A stretch of 64,000 nt of DNA from an uncultured Phycisphaerales bacterium (GTDB lineage Bacteria > Planctomycetota > Phycisphaerae > Tepidisphaerales > Tepidisphaeraceae), in contig CAWJPJ010000005.1 in NCBI GenBank assembly GCA_963844715.1, positions 288,001 to 352,000 of the forward strand, read 5' to 3'. A model generated the notes under the pieces. That model saw nothing but the letters and a program-made list of their open reading frames with translations, was not told where the DNA came from and did not search any database. Numbering within the stretch: position 1 is the stretch's first letter; the number at the start of each line of letters is the position of its first letter. Made by a program: the position numbers and the translations under genes. Of the stretch, positions 53,672-64,000 are shown one piece after another.

Positions 53672-55962
53672 ATGTACAAGATTCGGCAATTCAAAACGGC
53701 GCTCTACCTGCTGCTGCTGCTGGGGGTGACGGGCTTTGCCATCGCCAGCGAATCGCCCGGGCTCTGGCTCCTGACGGCCGGGGGCATTTTGCTGAACGCC
53801 TGGCTGGTGAAAAGCGGGCGTTTCGTTCCCATGCCGCGGCTGCTCGCCAACGCGGTCACTCTCTTTGCGTCCGCCGCGGTCGCGATGGAGATTTACCAGG
53901 GGGACACCGCGCCGATTTTGACGATCGGCCAGTTCCTCGCCTTGCTGCATGTCGTGAAGCTTTTCGAGCAGCGGTCGAATCGAGACTATGCCCAGCTTCT
54001 GGTCCTCAGCCTCCTGATGATGGTCGCCGGCGCGATCAGCACGGCGAGCCTGCTGTTTGGAATGATCTTCACGGCATATCTGTTCCTGTCGCTTTATTGC
54101 TGTCTGCTCTTTCACCTGAAAGTGGAGGCGGATTACGCGCACCTGGAGTTTGGAATTACCGACCGCAGCGCCGATGCGGCGACTCTGCTGCAGGACGAGC
54201 ATTATCTTTCCCGGTCAATGCGCCGCCTGACGGGTTTGATCGCGGCGGCGGCGGTGATTATGGCGGTCGCGGTCTTCCTGTTATTCCCGCGCGGCGGCGC
54301 GATCATGTTCGCCGGGATGCCGTTCCGCGCCAACGAGGCGATGACCGGCTTCAGTGACGAGGTGAGCTTTCAAAAAGTCGCACAGATCGCCGAAAACAAC
54401 GAAGTCATCGCCCGCGTGGAATTATTCGACAACGATCAGCCCATCACACACCCCAGCGGCGCCATTTATCTGCGCGGCTCGGCGCTGGACACGTACAGCG
54501 GGCGCGATTTCACGCGCGGCGGGCGATGGACATGGACGCGCGGGCCGCGAATAACATCCGAGGGGGACGAGGATCGGCATGAGGTCAGTCCGGGCCAGCC
54601 CACGGTTTTGAATGATTCCCTGGGCCCCGGACCCATCAAACAAAAGATTACGCTCGATCCGACGGGGACGCGCGGCTCTTCGCGCTGGCGGGATTGGTGG
54701 ACATCAGTTCCCCGACAAATCTTGGCATTCGCTATGCCCGGCACGATGGGATAGTGGAATCGGTTGAACCGCTGAGACGGCCGATTCAGTACACCGTGAG
54801 CTGCACCGGCGCGCTGCCCCAGGGGCTGGACATCAACTCCCGGGGGACCGACGCATGGCGGCTTTCGAATATCGACCCGGAGGTGAGCGCCTTCGCACAC
54901 CGTCCGGAGGTGTGCGGGGTAGATGCCCAGGGCCGCCCGCTGGCGGTCCATCCGCTGTCGGGCGATCATTCCTATGATGGGCAGATCGCCGTCAATATCC
55001 AGGAATATTTGCGCAATAATTTTAAATACACGCTGGATCTGACCGACGCCGGGACCCTGGGGGATCGCGACCCGATCGCGGCGTTTCTCACTGATTTCAA
55101 AAAAGGACACTGCGAGTATTTCGCCGGCGCGATGACCCTGATGTGCCAGAGTCTTCAGATTCCGGCCAGGCTGATGGTCGGGTTCCGATGCGACCCGGAT
55201 GAGTTCAATTCGCTTGGGAATTATTATCCCGTGAAACAATCGGATGCCCACGCCTGGTGCGAGGTGCTCACCAACGACGGATGGGAATCCTTCGATCCCA
55301 CAAGCAGTTCGCTGGCGGACACCGCGCGCCGCTCCACTCTGCTGACCAAATTGGGAAAGTTCTACGATTTCCTGGAATTCAAATGGGCAAGTTCGGTTGT
55401 GGCGTATGACCGTGATCAGCGCGAGAATTTCATCGAGAACTTGAATTTGAATATCACCCGCACCGCGGTCTCAAGCACGCAGAACATGGGGCAGTGGCCG
55501 AAAAAATTGGACCACTGGTGGGAGCAGATTCGAGTGTCCCTGCTGGACGCGACGATTATCCTCGTGATTTTGTGCGGATTCGCTTCGGTGATCGGGTATC
55601 TGATCGAGCGAATGAAAATGCAGCGGCGGGCCCGCCGGATCGGACTGGACGCGCTGCCGCCGGCGCAGCGGGCCAAGCTGGTGCGGCAACTGGCGTTTTA
55701 TGATGAACTGGTCCGCGTGCTGGACCGGCACAATCTGGTGCGCCCGGAGCATCTGACGCCCCTGGAATTCTGCCGATCCCTGAGCTTTCTTCCCAACGTC
55801 ATATACGATGACATCTACCGGCTGACACAGGTCTTCTATCGCGTGCGCTATGGCGGGGCCGAATTGAACTCGCACCGGCAGCAGCATCTTTCCGCGGCGG
55901 TGGCGCGGGTCGAATCGGCGATGGCCTCAGCGCCCCGGCGGCGGGCCATTGGCGCACCATGA
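53672..55962 (+). CDS. TgpA-like membrane transglutaminase (DUF3488 + transglutaminase domain; frameshift)
   Basis: N-terminal TM segments; GHCEYFAGA, DAHAWCEV, FDPT triad motifs. Confidence 0.9.
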
Positions 55963-57221
55963 ACGCGATCATCCTTTCCATCGGCGATGAATTGGTGTTG
56001 GGCCAGACCGTGGATACCAATTCCGCATGGCTGAGCCAGCGGCTGGCGGCCCTGGGGTTTGCGGTGATCGCGCATGTGACGGTCGCCGACGATCAGGGCG
56101 CAATCGAGACGGCGATTGGGCGCGCCGGGGCGGCGTGTGACGTCCTGCTTATCAACGGCGGGCTCGGGCCGACGGCGGACGATCTGACCCGCCAGGCCGT
56201 CGCGGCGGCGATCAATCAGCCGCTGGAATTGAACGCCGACTGGCTGATTCGCCTCGAGGGGTTTTTCAAGCGGCGCGGGCGGACCATGCCGGAAATGAAT
56301 CGCGTGCAGGCAATGATTCCGCGCGGTGCGACGATGATCGAGAACAACGCGGGCACGGCGCCGGGCATCGAGGCCGAGATTGTCGCAGCGGAAAAGAAAT
56401 GCCGTGTCTTTGTCATGCCCGGCGTGCCTAAGGAAATGAAGCTGATGTTCGACTCCTTCGTGGGCCCGAAACTCGCGGGGCACCGGGATCACGGGGTGAT
56501 CCTGTCGCGGACGCTGCATACGTTCGGGCTGGGGGAGAGCATGATCGCTGAAAAGCTCGGCGGTCTGATGGATCGAGACCGCAATCCATCCGTGGGTACC
56601 ACGGTTTCGGGAGGCGTTGTATCGCTTCGGATCAATGCGCGATTCGAAACCGCGGCGCGAGCGCGGGAAGAGTTGGATCGGGTTTCCGCTTTATGCCGGG
56701 AGGCGCTGGGGGATTTGATCTACGGGGAGGATGACCAGACCCTTCAGGAAGTGGTGGGGAAGTTGCTGCGTGAAAAAGGAGTGCGGGTGAGCACCGCCGA
56801 GAGCTGCACTGGCGGGCTGGTGGCGAAAATGTTGACGGATGTGCCGGGGTCGAGCGGTTATTTTTCTCGCGGGTGGATTACCTATAGCAATAAAGCCAAG
56901 CGCGACATGCTGGGAGTCGGGGCGGATATTCTTGCGGATTACGGCGCGGTGAGCGGCGCGACGGCGATGACCATGGCCGACGGCGCCCGGAAGAACGGCG
57001 GGGCGGATATCGCGCTTTCGATCACGGGAATCGCCGGGCCCGACGGCGGGACGCCGGAGAAACCGGTCGGGCTGGTTTACATCGGGCTGGCGCATGCCGG
57101 AGGGACGACGGCGCGGGAATTCAACTTCCCCGGCGACCGCGAAATGGTGCGCGATCGCGCCGCCAAAATGGCGCTGATGATGCTTCGCTTCCATCTCCTG
57201 GGCGCGCGGATGCCATTCTGA
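55959..57221 (+). CDS. cinA: CinA-like protein (MocF + NMN deamidase)
   Basis: IGDELVLGQTVDTN, GGLGPTADD, AESCTGG, ITGIAGPDGG. Confidence 0.93.
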   Translation: MNAIILSIGDELVLGQTVDTNSAWLSQRLAALGFAVIAHVTVADDQGAIETAIGRAGAACDVLLINGGLGPTADDLTRQAVAAAINQPLELNADWLIRLEGFFKRRGRTMPEMNRVQAMIPRGATMIENNAGTAPGIEAEIVAAEKKCRVFVMPGVPKEMKLMFDSFVGPKLAGHRDHGVILSRTLHTFGLGESMIAEKLGGLMDRDRNPSVGTTVSGGVVSLRINARFETAARAREELDRVSALCREALGDLIYGEDDQTLQEVVGKLLREKGVRVSTAESCTGGLVAKMLTDVPGSSGYFSRGWITYSNKAKRDMLGVGADILADYGAVSGATAMTMADGARKNGGADIALSITGIAGPDGGTPEKPVGLVYIGLAHAGGTTAREFNFPGDREMVRDRAAKMALMMLRFHLLGARMPF

Positions 57222-58720
57222 TGAGCGCGCCGATGCCAGCCAGTTCGACCGTCAAGTCCCGACGCCTCTCGGGGCTGCTGCCGGCGGCGATATCCATCCT
57301 CGTGGTCTTGTGGCAAATCAACTGCCAGTTTCGAGTCGATCCCAACCGGCTGCGCTATCCGATGCGGGCCAGCATTGGCCTGTATCCGGAACTCATCGCC
57401 GAGGTTTGGCCCTTTTACTATTACGGGGTCTTTCCGGTCTGTACCCCCGCTTCCGCGCCCGAATCGAAACCGCAAGCCGACGAGTTCATCGCCCATCGCG
57501 GCGATCTGCTGGCGATGGATTTGAATCTTCCCTGCAGCATGGTTCGGCACGGAGATTTCGGAAGATTGTGGCTGCTCGTTCCCTCAGTCTGGCTCAGCGG
57601 CGATCCGCTGCGGCCGTCGGTGGTGCGAGTGGACGAAACGCTCTTTATTTTGGCGTTGCTTGCGGTTCTTTGGGCCTTCTGGCGCGAAGGGATGTTTTTG
57701 CAGGGGCTTTTGATCGTGCTGTTCGTCGGGTCCGATCCCTTCCAACAGGAGCAACTGGCGCAGGAAAATATCTTTTCCCTCCCCATCACATTCGCGCTCT
57801 TTGCGCTGGCCGGGAATCTCCCGCTGATCACGGGCCGCATCGGCGTCCGGAAACTCGCCTGGCTCATCGCTGGCTTGAGCGGAATTCTCCTGGCGACCGT
57901 GCGCGATATTCGCGCCGAAGCCGCGATGGCGGTCCTCACGCTGCCTTTGATTTATTTGACGATTCCCGGAGTTCGGTGGCCTCGGCGTCTCGCCTTGGTA
58001 GCCGTGCTTGTCGGCGGCTATTTGGCGACCACGATCTCCTGGAACGCATTTTGGACCCACAAGGTCGACGAGGCCCGCGCCTGGGTCGCCGAGCGCGGCG
58101 GACATCCGTACAACGGATTTCGGACCAGTCATCACACCCTCTGGCATGTAATTTGGGAAGGTTTGGGAGATTTCGACACACGGTTTGGTTATGCCTGGGA
58201 TGATCGAAAGGCATTCGCCTATGCCGCGCCGATTCTTCGCAGCCGATTTGGGCTGAACATGACCTACACCGAAGGATACCATTCGGACCAAAAATATCCG
58301 GACGGGTATTACTTTATCAGCCTGGAAGATTTGCCCCAGTATACGGCCACCATGCGGCAAAAAGTTCTGCATGACGTAACGCATCATCCGGCGTGGTATT
58401 TGACGATTCTGCTCCAGCGCGCCTGGGCCACGCTGAGTCACGCCGTCCCGGTCACGTTGGAGTTGGGCCCGCTAATCCTCGGCGATCCCTATCTGGTTTA
58501 TGTGGCGCCATTGGCCTGGTGTCTGCTGCTCTGGCGTCGAAAATGGACCGAGCTGAAAATCATTTTTGTGTCGCTCAGCACGAGCTTCACGTCCCTGTTC
58601 GTCTATAGCGGGCAAGGGACAACCTACTGGGGGATTTTCCATCTGGTGACCATGGCCGTCCTGGCCGCCTGGGGTTGGAGTTGGTGGGTGCGGCGGCGGG
58701 CCAAACTGGCCAGGGCATGA
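57221..58720 (+). CDS. Polytopic membrane protein, possibly GT-C-like
   Basis: Intact 499-aa ORF with many hydrophobic segments and a large extracytoplasmic loop. Confidence 0.65.
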   Translation: MSAPMPASSTVKSRRLSGLLPAAISILVVLWQINCQFRVDPNRLRYPMRASIGLYPELIAEVWPFYYYGVFPVCTPASAPESKPQADEFIAHRGDLLAMDLNLPCSMVRHGDFGRLWLLVPSVWLSGDPLRPSVVRVDETLFILALLAVLWAFWREGMFLQGLLIVLFVGSDPFQQEQLAQENIFSLPITFALFALAGNLPLITGRIGVRKLAWLIAGLSGILLATVRDIRAEAAMAVLTLPLIYLTIPGVRWPRRLALVAVLVGGYLATTISWNAFWTHKVDEARAWVAERGGHPYNGFRTSHHTLWHVIWEGLGDFDTRFGYAWDDRKAFAYAAPILRSRFGLNMTYTEGYHSDQKYPDGYYFISLEDLPQYTATMRQKVLHDVTHHPAWYLTILLQRAWATLSHAVPVTLELGPLILGDPYLVYVAPLAWCLLLWRRKWTELKIIFVSLSTSFTSLFVYSGQGTTYWGIFHLVTMAVLAAWGWSWWVRRRAKLARA

Positions 58721-60741
<2,021 letters not shown>

Positions 60742-61364
60742 GGGGCGGATGTCAGTTCAATTTCCCAACCGCGCCGTCAAGGTCTGTTTTCTGGGCGTGG
60801 GGGTATCTCTGGCGCTGTTGATCGCGCTCTGGTGCGTCTGGGCAGGGATCGCCCAGCGCCGGCTGGCCCGCGAAATCGAAGAGGTGCATGCCAGAAACGA
60901 GCCGCTGGAGATGAGCGATTTCGATACAGAGGGAATTCCAGACTCGCAGAACGCCGCGAAGTATTACGTTGCGGCCTACGACGCGATGAACCAATACGTT
61001 TATTCCCCGGGGAACGCGCCCGATATTTACGTGCCCCTCTCCCCGGCCTGGCTGCAATTGGCAGACGCAGCCGTAGCGGCCAACCCAAAGACGCTGGCGC
61101 TGTTGCGCCGCGCACGGCAGTTCAACCAGTCTGATTGGGGATTTCGGCAATTGTTCGCCACACATGCTTTATTGGGCAACAACAGTTTGAACGCGACCCG
61201 CGCGATGACGAATCTCGTGGCGGACGCATCGCTCCAGGCGCATGCGCACGGTGACGACCGCGAGGCCTTGGAACGCGTTGAAGATACGCTGCATTTGGCC
61301 GAATCCGTGGGTGCCGAGCCTTCGTTGATTACCAGGCTCGTCGCGATCGGCGAGTTCTCCCTAG

Positions 61365-62738
61365 CAGGACGCTGAAAAACCCTCTTGACGAATGTTCTCG
61401 GTGGCGCTGAACTGTGTGACACCCAGACACGGAGGTCATTCATGCGAGGCAAGGCCGATCCCCAATCCATTTTGTTCATCGCGGCCATCGATCTGGAACA
61501 ACGCGTCCGTCCTGATCATCCGCTGCGGGCCGTGAAGCGCATGGTCGATGAAGACTTGAAGGCCATGAGTCGGCGTTTTGATGCCGCCTACGCGGCCGAA
61601 GGCCGGCCCAGCGTGCCGCCGGAGCGGCTGATCAAGGCGTTGCTTTTGCAATCGATCTATTCGATTCGCTCCGAGGCGCAGCTCGTGGAACGGATTGATC
61701 ACGACCTGCTGTTCCGTTGGTTTTTGGACCTGCGGATCGACGAAGAGGTATTCGACGCCACCGTCTTCTCGCACAATCGCGGGCGGCTCGAAGAGCACGG
61801 GCTGATCGGCGCGTTTTTCGACGGCACGGTGCGTCGGGCCATCGCCGCGGGACTGGTCAGCCCCGACCACTTCTCGGTGGATGGCTCGCTGATCGAGGCG
61901 TATGCGTCGATCAAGAGCTTCAAACCCAGGGATGAAAAGGACAAAAAAGACAATGATGCGGGAGATAACAACGGTTTTAAGGGCCGCAACGCCGAGGTGG
62001 ACTTCCACGGCCAGAAGCGGTCCAACGACACCCACGAATCAACCACCGATTCCGACGCGAAGCTGGTCCGCAAGAGCGACGGCAAGCCGGCGTTGCTCAG
62101 CCATGCGCTGCACGCGATCGTGGAGAACCGCCACGGGCTGGTGCTGGCGGTGGAAGTCAACTCGCCGCTGGAGAACAGCGAGCCGGTCACCGCGTTGTCG
62201 CTGATCGATCGGGTCAAGAAACGTTTTGGGCTCAAACCCAAGACGGTTGGGGCCGACAAGGGGTACGACCAGGGTCCGCTGTTGCGTGGGCTGGAGCGAA
62301 GAAGAATCCGTCCGCACGTGGCGGTGAAGGAGGGCAAGATCGGCGGCGACACCGCCGCCTATCGCTGGAAGAACCGAGCCAACATCGCGGCCCGCCAGCG
62401 GATGCGTCGGCGCGCAAGACCCTCGGTTACGCCATCAGCCAGCGTTGCCGCAAGAAGATCGAGGAATGGATCGGCTGGGCCAAGACGATCGGCGGCCTGT
62501 ATCGCACCCGGTTGATCGGACATTCAAAAACCGGCCAGCAGGCCCACCTGGCCGGGGCGGCGTTCAATCTGATCCGGATGCGCAACCTGAGTACCGTGTG
62601 AAACTCAACCTGGGCATGCAATCCGCCAACGAACTCGAACGAACTGAAGCCCTTGGAACGATCCGAGATGGAACCCGCCATTGAAAAGCGGCCAACAGAC
62701 AGGAAAATGCGCCAACTCCCGAGTTTTTCAGCGTCCTG
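61365..62738 (+). mobile_element. IS5-family insertion sequence
   Basis: Perfect 16-bp IRs CAGGACGCTGAAAAAC / GTTTTTCAGCGTCCTG; CTAG duplicated at 61361-61364 and 62739-62742. Confidence 0.95.
61442..62601 (+). CDS. IS5-family DDE transposase (frameshift near 62420)
   Basis: DHPLR, GRPSVPPERL, FRWFL, FSVDGSLIEA, GADKGY, RKKIEEWIGW. Confidence 0.92.
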
Positions 62739-63510
62739 CTAGCGATAGACCGGCTCGCCTTACTCGCGCCTCAACTGAAAATTGAGCGTCCGGCAAACCC
62801 TTCGCCCCGCGCGGCGACGCGATCTCAAATAACTCACTTGATCGGCGAACTTCTGAACGATGGGCGGGAACGCCAATACATTGCCGATACCGTTCTCTTC
62901 GAGGGGGCCAGGGTATACAAAGACGGGCTCGATCTTGGAAAAGCTCAGGTGACGTTGCAGCCCCTGTTCGAATTGCGGGCCGCGCATGCGACTTGAATAT
63001 CGCAGCATAGATTTGCTTGCCGCCGCGGCGACAAATTTCCCGGCGGCGCGGCGCGCGTTGCAGTCTCTTCCTTCACAAAAGTTTGCGTCGATTAATGACT
63101 CAGATTTCGCCGATGGTTTTGGTCTGGTCGATTTCTGGGAACCGGCGCGCTATTTTGAAATCGAGTGGCGGACGCTCGTGCAGCGCCGACTGGTGGCCAC
63201 GTCTCTTGCGGCGCAATTGTTTCGACTTGATCATAGCCACTGGCCGCAAACATTGGGTGAACTGGTGCCCGATTACCTGCCGTCGGTTCCGATTGATGCG
63301 ATACAGGGGGACGACATGCCGCTGGGTTACTGGCTGATCCCCGCCTCTTCAGCCGGCCCGGAGCGACCGATCATCTACATGGGATCGCCCCGCTTTAACC
63401 ATACGCCACCGCCAACGGCATCTTACGAGATCGAAATGCAGGGGTTTCAGTGGCTCGATATCTCTAAATACGCGCCGAACCCACCCGCCACGACAACCGC
63501 CCAAAGCCCA

Positions 63511-63974
63511 TCATCGAAATAAGCTCGTGATCGCGATTCGAACAAATCCCGCCGCGCCAGGCAGGATCACCAACGCCATCACGCCCGCCATAATCCATCC
63601 CAGGGGGATAACAAAAACGGCAAGCAAACACCGGGGAAACGAAGGCGGCGGGGTTTTATAAAAGATTACCAGCGTGTTGGCATAGTAAAGCAGGAAAAAA
63701 GGCAAAACCCCAAAAAGCAACAGGGAAATTGGGAAGGGAGTAAGGTCGAAATAAAACTTGCCCTGATAATGGTCGTGCGCCGAGACAACCCAAAAAGCGA
63801 AGGTAGCCAGCGTCGGCAAAAACACCCATGCGAGCGGCGCACAGGCGATCATCCCGAGGGTATGATCGCGAGATCGCAACTCCGTGCTCGCGTTGCGTCG
63901 CGGAATGGGAGCAACGAAAAATGCGTGCCCAAATCGAGCCAGATGTAAAGGCAGATCGGGAGAACAATCGCCAT
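63511..63974 (-). CDS. Hypothetical membrane protein (frameshift; start uncertain)
   Basis: Hydrophobic segments in ORF 63511..63879. Confidence 0.5.
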
Positions 63975-64000
63975 GGTTGCGCCCGCCGACCAGAGCACGA

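Larger units (their letters stand above)
60749..63522 (+). pseudogene. Membrane-anchored hypothetical gene interrupted by an IS
   Basis: Removing the IS and one CTAG restores ...RLVAIGEFSL-AIDRLALLAPQL...; C-terminal WPQTLGELVPDYLPSVPID. Confidence 0.8.

Noticed and set aside
51413..55962. MoxR-DUF58-transglutaminase cluster as a novel system
   Set aside because: This gene trio is a widespread, already described association

Overview
Chromosomal window from a high-GC bacterium, most likely a planctomycete of the Phycisphaerae/Tepidisphaerales type (inferred from an H-X9-DG prepilin, a CxxCGYDLRATPERCPECG zinc ribbon, HEAT/TPR proteins and TTQP-rich secreted proteins). Many genes, including conserved housekeeping ones (atpG, sodA, trxA, tsaD, ligA), carry single-base frameshifts. 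These are best read as long-read/assembly indel errors, so split ORFs were joined by eye and their boundaries are approximate. Contents: an isolated atpG; an accessory patch (~2.5-8.5 kb) with an IS630 element, a duplicated gene 3' end, a Fic gene, an IS66 remnant and a PIN toxin-antitoxin pair; sodA and yhaM; four TPR-glycosyltransferases around a divergent GT9-like gene; trxA; a Memo-like gene; an anti-anti-sigma/anti-sigma pair with a nearby PocR-GAF-SpoIIE phosphatase; ctpA, tsaD, nnrD; a BtuFCD-like ABC importer; a cobalamin riboswitch directly in front of an H-X9-DG prepilin-like gene; MoxR/DUF58/transglutaminase, cinA and ligA; and an IS5-family element interrupting a gene. The most notable observations are the B12-riboswitch-controlled pilin-like gene, palindromic repeats translated in frame inside tsaD and a glycosyltransferase, candidate leaderless promoters, and a recurrent TTQP motif in exported proteins. 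No rRNA, tRNA, CRISPR array or reverse transcriptase was recognised.
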